This document shows, one piece after another, positions 10,116-16,891 of a stretch of DNA of 32,000 nt. The DNA is from Ktedonobacterales bacterium. GTDB lineage: Bacteria > Chloroflexota > Ktedonobacteria > Ktedonobacterales > JADMIN01. Each line of letters starts with the position of its first letter. Within the stretch, counting starts at the first letter, position 1. A program made the position numbers and the translations under genes. The stretch is from the NCBI GenBank assembly GCA_030167145.1, contig CP126532.1, positions 750,001 through 782,000 of the forward strand, in the 5' to 3' direction. The notes beneath the pieces were generated by a model. That model had not been told where the DNA came from and searched no databases. It saw nothing but the letters and a program-made list of their open reading frames with translations.

Positions 10116-10252
10116 GGGGAAATCTGATGCACAGCGGGCTGGTGCAGGTTGTAGGATGCGTATGGGGCAAGCGTCGCCCTGCTACCGCGCAACCTCGCAC
10201 GTCACCGCTATGGGGGACGCCGCAGCGAGTCTGAATCAGGAGTGCGCCCAGC

Positions 10253-11356
10253 ATGCCGGATTTCGTCCCTGGACTCGATCTCAGTCGCGCATTCTATGCC
10301 GAAGCGGTGCGGCCCATCCTCGCGTCACAGTTCCCTGATCTGGTGTATGCCGCCGCACTTATCGGTTACGGCTCAGATGTACTGGGCTATGATACGCCAC
10401 GCTCTACCGACCATGAATGGGGTCCGCGGCTCTTGCTCTTTCTGCCGGATGAAGTTGCGCCTAGTCTCGGCGACGCCATAGAAGATGCTTTGCGTGCAGC
10501 TTTGCCAGTTGAATTTATGGGCTACTCGACCAGCTTCGGGCCAAAGGACGCGCAGGGTGTGCGGCTGCGCGTGCTAGGGGAGCCAGGCCACATCACGCAT
10601 CATGTGGATATCTGGACCTTGGGCGCGTTCACCCTGATGGAGTTGGGCGTAGATCCGGATCAGGCATTGCTTGCAGGGGACTGGCTGGCGCTCCCCGAAC
10701 AGAAGCTGTTGCAGGTGACGAGCGGCGCCGTGTTTCATGATGGTCTCGGTACGTTGACGGCACTTCGCGAGCGGCTGGCCTATTATCCACATGATGTCTG
10801 GCTTTATCTGATGGCGGCGCAATGGATGCGCGTCGCGCAGACTGAGGCGTTCGTGGGGCGAACTGCCGAGGCGGGAGACGACCTTGGCGCACGGCTCATC
10901 ACTGCCGCTCTCGTCCGCGATCTGATGCGGTTAAGCTTTCAGCAGGCGCGACACTATGCGCCGTACAGCAAATGGTTTGGCAGCGCATTTGCCGGCTTGC
11001 CTGTCGCGGATGTGTTGGGTCCAGTGCTGCGCCGTGCGCTTGCGGCAGACAATGGCCACGAGCAGGAAGATGCTTTGGTCAGCGCATACGCCATCGTTGG
11101 CGAGCAGCACAACGCGCTTGGCATCACGCCACCACTCGATACTGCGCCTAGTCTCTTCTATGACCGGCCGTATCGTGTGCTGGCAGCGGGTCGCTTCGTC
11201 GAAGCGCTGGCCCGCGCCATCGAAGGCGACGAGGTCAAGGATGTTATGAAGACAGTGGGCTATATCGGGGCTATTGATCAGATCACCGATAGCACCGACG
11301 TGTTGACACATCCTCGGATATTTCACCGGATGCAGGCGCTATACAAAGAGGGCTAG
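10253..11356 (+). CDS. DUF4037-like protein
   Basis: The N-terminus MPDFVPGLDLSRAFYAEAVRPIL...AAALIGYGSDVLGYDTPRSTDHEWGPRLLLFL matches my recollection of the conserved DUF4037-family N-terminal block. It is a clean 367-aa frame. Its stop overlaps the sufS stop in the palindrome CTAG (11353-11356). Confidence 0.55.
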   Translation: MPDFVPGLDLSRAFYAEAVRPILASQFPDLVYAAALIGYGSDVLGYDTPRSTDHEWGPRLLLFLPDEVAPSLGDAIEDALRAALPVEFMGYSTSFGPKDAQGVRLRVLGEPGHITHHVDIWTLGAFTLMELGVDPDQALLAGDWLALPEQKLLQVTSGAVFHDGLGTLTALRERLAYYPHDVWLYLMAAQWMRVAQTEAFVGRTAEAGDDLGARLITAALVRDLMRLSFQQARHYAPYSKWFGSAFAGLPVADVLGPVLRRALAADNGHEQEDALVSAYAIVGEQHNALGITPPLDTAPSLFYDRPYRVLAAGRFVEALARAIEGDEVKDVMKTVGYIGAIDQITDSTDVLTHPRIFHRMQALYKEG

Positions 11357-12630
11357 AAGGCGAAGACCTCGTTGGCATGGGTGAGCGCCTCGGCGAGGGC
11401 ATCTATCTCGGCTGAGGTGGTGTAGACATAGAAGCTGGCGCGCGCCGTTGCGGGGAGTTTGTAGCGTTCCATGAGCGGCTGGGCGCAGTGGTGTCCGGCG
11501 CGGACGGCGATGCCGTCGCGGTCGAGCAGGGTGGCGAGGTCGTGGGGATGGATGTCGCCAAGGGTGAAGGAGATCACGCCGCCGCGTCGCTCTGCTGGTG
11601 GGCCGTAGACGATGAGGCCAGGAATACTGGCAAGCCGATCCAGGGCGTAGGCGGTCAGGGCATGCTCGTGCTCGCGAACGCGCTGCATACCGAGGGCGCT
11701 GAGGTAGTCTACAGCGGCGCCAAGGCCGACGGCTTCGGTGATGGCGGGGGTGCCAGCTTCAAACTTCCAGGGGAGGTCGTTCCAGGTGGAACCATCGAGA
11801 TGCACTTCGCGGATCATGTCGCCACCGCCAAGGAAGGGGGGCATGGCTTCGAGTAGCTCGCGCCGCCCCCAGAGGACGCCGATACCGGACGGCCCCAGCA
11901 TCTTGTGGCTGCTGAACGCCAGGAAGTCGCAGTCGAGCACGCGAACATCTACGGGCAGGTGCGGTACGCTCTGGGCGGCGTCCAGCAGGACTAGCGCGCC
12001 TATCGCGTGCGCTCTGGCGATGATCTCTTGCACGGGCGGCAGCGTGCCAAGCACGTTGGACATGTGGGTGACGGCGACGAGCTTCGGACGCTCGGCGGCG
12101 AGGAGCTGGTCAAAGGCGGCCATATCCAGCTCGCCGCTATCGGTGATGGGCACGTAGACCACGCGCGCGCCGGTGCGGGCGGCGGCCAACTGCCAGGGGA
12201 CGATGTTGCTGTGGTGCTCCATCTCGGTGAGCAGGATGGCGTCGCCGGACTTGAGATTGGCGTCGGCCCAGGTGCGTGCGACGAGGTTGATGGCTTCGGT
12301 GGTGTTGCGGGTCCAGATGACTTCGCGCACACTGCGAGCATTGATGAAGCGGGCGACCTTCTTGCGCGCGCCTTCGTAGGCGCTGGTGGCTTCTTCGCTG
12401 AGGGTGTAGGCGCCACGATGGATGTTGGCGTAGGAGGTGCGGGTGAAGGCGTCCATGGCGTCGAGCACCTGGCGTGGCTTCTGCGCCGAGGCGGCGCTGT
12501 CGAGGTACACCAGCGGCTTGCCGTTGATCTCGCGTGTGAGAATGGGGAAATCCTCGCGGGGGGCGAGTGAGCCGATCGCGCCCGCGCCGTGTGCCTGCGC
12601 CGCTACGTCAATGTGCGTCGTGTTCGCCAT
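11353..12630 (-). CDS. sufS: Cysteine desulfurase SufS (class V aminotransferase, group II)
   Basis: PLP-lysine motif FSSHKMLGPSGIGVLWG, catalytic-Cys loop RAGHHCAQPLM, and the N-terminal block VYLDSAASAQKP. Start placed at ATG 12630 (MANTTHIDV), which has AAGGAG upstream, not at the ORF-track start 12702. Confidence 0.9.
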   Translation of the reverse strand: MANTTHIDVAAQAHGAGAIGSLAPREDFPILTREINGKPLVYLDSAASAQKPRQVLDAMDAFTRTSYANIHRGAYTLSEEATSAYEGARKKVARFINARSVREVIWTRNTTEAINLVARTWADANLKSGDAILLTEMEHHSNIVPWQLAAARTGARVVYVPITDSGELDMAAFDQLLAAERPKLVAVTHMSNVLGTLPPVQEIIARAHAIGALVLLDAAQSVPHLPVDVRVLDCDFLAFSSHKMLGPSGIGVLWGRRELLEAMPPFLGGGDMIREVHLDGSTWNDLPWKFEAGTPAITEAVGLGAAVDYLSALGMQRVREHEHALTAYALDRLASIPGLIVYGPPAERRGGVISFTLGDIHPHDLATLLDRDGIAVRAGHHCAQPLMERYKLPATARASFYVYTTSAEIDALAEALTHANEVFAF

Positions 12631-12725
12631 GCCCCTCGCTCCTTTGCGTTGGTGACTCGCCCGGAAACTTTGGGGCCGGGAGCATGATGCCCGACCCCGC
12701 ATAGACTGGCATGCGCTGGAAGCGC

Positions 12726-13571
12726 TTAGACTGTGGCAGCTTCATCCTCTTCGAGGGCCTGAATCAGCAACTCGTAGCCTTGCTTGTCCACTTCGAGGGC
12801 AAACTCGCGGCCACCAGACTTGACAATGCGACCCTTGTACATGACGTGGACGACATCAGGCGTGATGTAGTCGAGGATGCGCTGATAGTGGGTGATAATC
12901 AGCACGCCGAGGTTGGGGCCGCGCACGGCGTTGACGCCCTCGGAAACGATGCGGAGCGCGTCTACATCGAGGCCGGAGTCGGTTTCGTCGAGGATGGCCA
13001 TCTCAGGCTGGAGCATCGCCATCTGGAGAATCTCGGCGCGTTTCTTCTCGCCGCCGGAGAAGCCTTCGTTGATATAGCGGCTGATGAAGGTGTTATCCAC
13101 TTTCAGGAGCTGCATCTTCTGGTTGAGCAGCTTGCGGAACTCTGCGGGCGGCATGCCTTTGCGCTTGGGCATCTCGCCGCTCGGCGCGGCGGGGGCGTTG
13201 GGGTCGTAGCCCTCGCGCTTGGCTTCGACGGCGCGGCGCAGGAAGTTGCCCACAGAGACACCGGGCACTGATGAGGGATATTGGAAGGCGAGGAAGATGC
13301 CGAGACGCGCGCGCTTATCCGCTGAAAGTTCGAGGATGTTGATACCCTTGAACAGGATTTCGCCTTGCGTTACCTCGTACTTGGGATGGCCCATGATGAC
13401 GTTGGCGAGCGTGCTCTTGCCGGAGCCATTTGGCCCCATCAGGGCATGGGTTTCGCCCTGGGTGATGGTGAGATTTACCCCGCGCAGAATCTCTTTACCT
13501 TCGACGCTGGCGTGCAGATCTTTGATAATCAGTTGCACTGGCGCATTCGGATTGCCGTTCGAGTTCTCCAT
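12726..13571 (-). CDS. sufC: Fe-S cluster assembly ATPase SufC
   Basis: [58 protein letters not shown] is the characteristic SufC N-terminus. Also present: signature FSGGEKKR and Walker [11 protein letters not shown]. Confidence 0.9.
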
Positions 13572-13733
13572 AGCGAGCTAGATGTCCTCCCGCAGCGCCA
13601 TGCTGACGCTGGCTAGAAATCGTGCTATCCGTGTGATGCACGGAACGGAAAGCGGTTCGGTGAAGCCACGATGGCTTCAATAGATGCCGAAATTGGTACC
13701 CTTTCGGGGCTAGTTGGTGTGTTGATGTGGCGC

Positions 13734-14234
13734 TCAGACACTCTGGCGGCTCCGGCTGCGCTCTTTGCGCGGCGCGAGTGTCACGAGCCGTGCGGGAGGC
13801 GGGTGAGCGATGTCGGATTCCTGGACCAGATCGCCGAGGGTCATCGAGTCGAGTGTGCTGGTGATGGCGTTGCGGACCCGCGCCCAGAGGTATTTGGTGG
13901 AGCAGCCATCGAGCCGGTCGCAGATGACGCCCATTTCGCCCTCGGTGGCACAGATCATGGGCGCAATCGGCCCTTCCAGCGCACGCAAGACCTCGCCCAT
14001 GCGGATCTCGCTGGGCGGCCGGCTGAGCCGGTAGCCACCATGCGCGCCACGGGTGGACTCGATCAGATGCGCCTCGCGGAGACACTTCACCAGTTGTTCC
14101 AGGTATTGAACTTTTAGCTCCAACCCCTCGGCCTGACCAATCTCCGTGAGCGAGCGTGTGCCGTTGTCGTAATGCCGGGCCAGATCCACCATCAGGCGCA
14201 CACCGTACTCGCCACGGGTAGACACACGTAACAT
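13734..14234 (-). CDS. Rrf2-family transcriptional regulator (IscR/SufR-like, three-Cys cluster motif)
   Basis: MLRVSTRGEYGVRLMVDLA...SLTEIGQAEG...YLEQLVKCLREAHLIESTRGAHGGYRL is a typical Rrf2 wHTH. It is followed by three cysteines (ICATE, VICDR, DGCST) spaced like Fe-S ligands. Start at ATG 14234 with GAGGAGG upstream. It is the first gene of an apparent rrf2-sufC-sufS unit. Confidence 0.85.
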   Translation of the reverse strand: MLRVSTRGEYGVRLMVDLARHYDNGTRSLTEIGQAEGLELKVQYLEQLVKCLREAHLIESTRGAHGGYRLSRPPSEIRMGEVLRALEGPIAPMICATEGEMGVICDRLDGCSTKYLWARVRNAITSTLDSMTLGDLVQESDIAHPPPARLVTLAPRKERSRSRQSV

Positions 14235-14275
14235 ACCGGCCTCCTCGCCGCTGGTTTGCGCCTGCCGTTGCATCT

Positions 14276-14299
14276 ATTCCGACTAATCCACTCGGATAT
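14276..14299. promoter_or_regulatory. Candidate Rrf2/IscR-type operator upstream of the rrf2 gene
   Basis: ATTCCGACTAATCCACTCGGATAT contains the inverted repeat TCCGA-N9-TCGGA. Its CCGACT...ACTCGG cores resemble the type-1 IscR box as I recall it (ATASYYGACTRWWWYAGTCRRSTAT). It lies ~45-65 nt upstream of the rrf2 ATG, next to a TATAGT/TATATC -10-like stretch on the minus strand. Confidence 0.3.
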
Positions 14300-14301
14300 A
14301 A

Positions 14302-15171
14302 CTATAGCATCGGGGGACCGGGCGGGTCAAGCAAGGCGGGTTGGCTCTGGGTGGGTTTTCTTTTCTTCCCGGGTCGTTCTGGTAACGCCTGGGTGGTGGT
14401 GTCGGCCCACCAGAAGCAGATGGGGCGTGCGGGGTCGTAGGTGCGGAGGCCGCGATTGGTGCGCAGGCTGACACCAACGGCGGCGTATTTGCAGGTGGTG
14501 AAGAAGTCGTCGAGCAGGCGGCAGCGGTACTGGTCTGAGGAGCTGAACGCTGAGGGCAGGGCGTGGCGTGGATAGCCGAGCCAGGTTTCATATGTGGCGT
14601 AGGCGTCGCGGGAGTAGACGGCGAGGCCAGCGAAGAGGTCGGCAAGCTGGATGAGTGGCTGGGTGGTGGAAGGACTGGGGGTGATGTCGGTGATGTGTGG
14701 TGTGGTGAGGAGGCGTTGCCAGCGCAGGGCGTCTTGTTCGTCGGGGTAGATGTGGAATGCGGCGCCGGCTGGCCAGCGCTGGGGCAGGATGTGGCCGAGC
14801 AGATGGGCATACATGTGATGCAGTCGCTGAAGATGTGGGAGCGTATGTTCTGGCGCGCTGGGGGCGGCGGTGGTGTCCCAAGTGAGGGTGTCTATGCGCA
14901 GGGTACCAGCACGCGCCTGATCGAGCGCCCACGTGAGGAGCCGTGCGGCGGCGAAGTGATGTTTGGCGGTGCGGAGTTTCTCCCATTTGCATTCGCGGAC
15001 GCTGGAGAGGTCGAGGAGCGTTCGTATAGCGGCGCTGAGAGTAGGGGCGTGTTCTATAGGCGCGCTGACCATGCCCAGGCCGCGAATGCGCCCGACGTTG
15101 TATTGGGTTTCGTCGGTGCAGGCGATGTGGGATGCGGTGGGGTTGTATGGGTCAGGCTGGTGGAGTGTCAT
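14302..15171 (-). CDS. DUF3800-like protein
   Basis: 289-aa frame with a strong SD (GAGGAG 8 nt before ATG 15171). The N-terminal acidic motif IACTDETQYN and the C-terminal IQLADLFAGLAVY resemble the DExx...QxADxxAG pattern I associate with DUF3800. The coding strand is extremely C-rich. Confidence 0.5.
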   Translation of the reverse strand: MTLHQPDPYNPTASHIACTDETQYNVGRIRGLGMVSAPIEHAPTLSAAIRTLLDLSSVRECKWEKLRTAKHHFAAARLLTWALDQARAGTLRIDTLTWDTTAAPSAPEHTLPHLQRLHHMYAHLLGHILPQRWPAGAAFHIYPDEQDALRWQRLLTTPHITDITPSPSTTQPLIQLADLFAGLAVYSRDAYATYETWLGYPRHALPSAFSSSDQYRCRLLDDFFTTCKYAAVGVSLRTNRGLRTYDPARPICFWWADTTTQALPERPGKKRKPTQSQPALLDPPGPPML

Positions 15172-15239
15172 GCGCTACTCCTCTGGGCCATCCATGGCCG
15201 GAGCATGGGCGGCAAGGCATGAATGCCACAGGTAGTCGG

Positions 15240-15770
15240 AGTGGCCGATGTGGCTGCGGATATGAGTTGCCGATTTGGCCGATTTTCGCGGTGATGATGG
15301 GGAGATGTGACTTGAATTGACGAGAAGTGGCGAGACAATTTTCGCCGTTTTCGCCGCAATTTGGTGTTGTACACACGAAGGGTAGTTGCCGATTCTGCCG
15401 ATTTTCGTGAGATGAGCAGTGGCCGCGAGGGCAGACAGGAATGTCCGCCCCACTGACAGTTGCCGATTCTGCCGATTTTCGCGAACATGCGGGAGGGTAG
15501 TGGCCGATATGGCCGATACTGGCAGACGGGAATGCCCGCCCCACACAGGGCCAGCGGGACGCTGGCGGTACAGATGGGAGTGGCCGATATGGCCGATTAT
15601 GCGATTTACAATTTTTCGCCGTTTTCGCCGCGGCTTTGCGAGGGTGCGCCTGACAGGTGGTTGCCGGAGTTGCCAGCGGGACGCTGACGCCACAGGTTCC
15701 ATTTGCCGGAGTTGCCGATTCTGCCGATTTTTCATTTTGTGGGCCACCAGTGGCCGATATGGCCGGATAC
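15240..15770. repeat. Dense array of locus-specific short direct repeats (G-, S-, F-type) interleaved with family A and E repeats
   Basis: Copies and start positions:
- G-type GTTGCCGATTCTGCCGATTTTCG at 15266, 15385, 15459, 15711.
- S-type AGTGGCCGATATGGCCGATA at 15240 (degenerate), 15499, 15579, 15749.
- F-type ACAATTTTTCGCCGTTTTCGCCGC at 15339-15357 and 15613-15631.
- Family A hairpins at 15429-15451 and 15521-15542.
- GGCCAGCGGGACGCTG at 15548 and 15671.

Each locus-specific motif is itself a tandem 9-mer duplication. Confidence 0.85.
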
Positions 15771-15934
15771 GTGGGTTGTGGGCATGGCGCGGATTCTGGT
15801 TATTGGGATGGCTATCTGGATAGTGTAGCATGGGAGCTGGGCCGTGGCGAGGGCCGAGAATGGGGTCAAAGAAGGGCAGGTGAGGACAGTTGTGGACACA
15901 GAGGGGTGAGCAGATGGAGCGCTGGCGATGACGC

Positions 15935-15963
15935 TTGACCAGAGAGGGATTTGCCGGTATGGT
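15935..15963 (+). promoter_or_regulatory. Candidate sigma70-type promoter for the 16041 gene
   Basis: TTGACC (15935-15940), a 17-nt spacer, then TATGGT (15958-15963), ~78 nt upstream of ATG 16041. Pattern match only. Confidence 0.25.
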
Positions 15964-16040
15964 GGCAAGCGCGATATGTGCGAGGCGACGGGTTGTGATG
16001 GGAACGGGCGCAGCGGTGGCGAGCGGAAGGGGGTACGGAA

Positions 16041-16631
16041 ATGGCAAGTATTACGGAGAATACGCTGGTGGGTGTGCTGGTGGCGTCGGCTCCGGGGATA
16101 GCGGTGGCGCTGGTGACGCATTGGCTGAATTTGTGGCGGGAGAGTGCGCGGGCGCGACTGGCGCGGGAGAACGCACGGGCTTTGCTGATGGTGGAGATTA
16201 CGAGCGATAGAGGGGCATTGGCGGCATTTTGGAGCGAGATCAATGGGTTGGATACGGATGCTAACGGGGAGAGTACGGAGGAGCACCTGACAGCGATGGC
16301 GAGCGCGGGTTGGTTGGGCGTGCCGTTGCCAGAATGGGATTTCGCGCGGTGGGAGCACTTTCCGGCGGATGCGCTGAGCGCGTGGGAGCCAAAGGAGCTG
16401 CTCGATATTGATCGGTTTTATCGCACCTTGCGCAGTATCACGGAGCGGTACACGGCGATGATGGCGATTGAGCCAGAAGAGCGGGCGGAGTTGCAGAATC
16501 GCTTCTGGGCGAATCGCTTTGCGGGGGCGCGGGTGGAGCGGTTCAAGATCGTGGCGAGGCTGGTGGGGCAGGCGCTGGACTTTCCACTTGGTGGCGGAGA
16601 GGCGGACAAGAATGTCCGCCCTGATAGATAG
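16041..16631 (+). CDS. Hypothetical protein, N-terminal TM helix plus helical soluble domain
   Basis: 196-aa frame of balanced composition with SD GAAGGGGG upstream. The N-terminal helix is LVGVLVASAPGIAVALVTHWL. The opposite-strand ORF 15732..16913 is Arg/Pro/His-rich and looks spurious. The last 10 codons run into the first family A repeat. No family recognised. Confidence 0.5.
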   Translation: MASITENTLVGVLVASAPGIAVALVTHWLNLWRESARARLARENARALLMVEITSDRGALAAFWSEINGLDTDANGESTEEHLTAMASAGWLGVPLPEWDFARWEHFPADALSAWEPKELLDIDRFYRTLRSITERYTAMMAIEPEERAELQNRFWANRFAGARVERFKIVARLVGQALDFPLGGGEADKNVRPDR

Positions 16632-16691
16632 CGTGGGCAGACAAGAATGTCCGCCCTGATAGATAGCGTGGGCAGACAGGAATGTCCGCCC
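16600..16691. repeat. Family A palindromic repeat, 3 tandem copies, 35-bp period
   Basis: (A/G)GGC(G/A)GACA(A/G)GAATGTCCGCCC at 16600, 16635 and 16670. Copies are separated by the identical filler TGATAGATAGCGT. The arms GGGCAGAC/GTCCGCCC form a 7-8 bp hairpin. Confidence 0.9.
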
Positions 16692-16730
16692 TACTGTGGC
16701 AGAGGCCGGCGAGACGCCTGCGGTACAATG

Positions 16731-16762
16731 GGCAGGCAGGCAGACAGACAGACAGACAGACA
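16731..16762. repeat. Tetranucleotide microsatellite (GGCA)3(GACA)5
   Basis: GGCAGGCAGGCAGACAGACAGACAGACAGACA read directly from the sequence. It continues into AGAAATTCCGC, a degenerate family A right half. Confidence 0.95.
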
Positions 16763-16891
16763 AGAAATTCCGCTGTACGCAGATTGCTCGGTAATTGGTT
16801 GGTGGATTGACGGGACTGGCGCGAGCGCATAGGATGGCGGTGGAAATCCGCCTGAATTGTGTCTTGAATAGTGAGATTGGCTGGCTATCAA

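Noticed and set aside
10783-10791. Perfect DnaA-box 9-mer TTATCCACA, with 8/9 matches at ~10602 and 13089, considered as an oriC signal in view of the strand-composition change.
   Set aside because: It is a single perfect box, and all the sites lie inside coding sequences. There is no cluster, no AT-rich unwinding element and no dnaA/dnaN nearby. Chance occurrence is plausible.
15175-16047. 290-aa minus-strand ORF spanning the whole repeat block (plus overlapping ORFs 15152..15544, 15168..15488, 15419..15823 and 15460..15687).
   Set aside because: Several frames are open at once, as expected for GC-rich non-coding DNA. The same DNA repeat is translated in three different frames within the one ORF, and the composition is Arg/His/Pro/Asn-rich. 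Conservation is at the DNA level, so it is not called as a CDS.
16600-16691. Tandem arrays of 22-23 bp palindromic repeats (also at 18569-18616 and 24072-24158) considered as a mini-CRISPR.
   Set aside because: Each array has only 2-3 units. The spacers are 3-13 bp and identical within an array. There is no leader and no cas genes. The pattern fits REP/BIME-like tandem repeats, not CRISPR.
14302-16700. Interpretation of the DUF3800-like/hypothetical block as a mobile element or prophage remnant.
   Set aside because: I could not identify an integrase, transposase, terminal inverted repeats, a flanking tRNA or target-site duplication. Only the accessory-like gene content and the repeats point that way.
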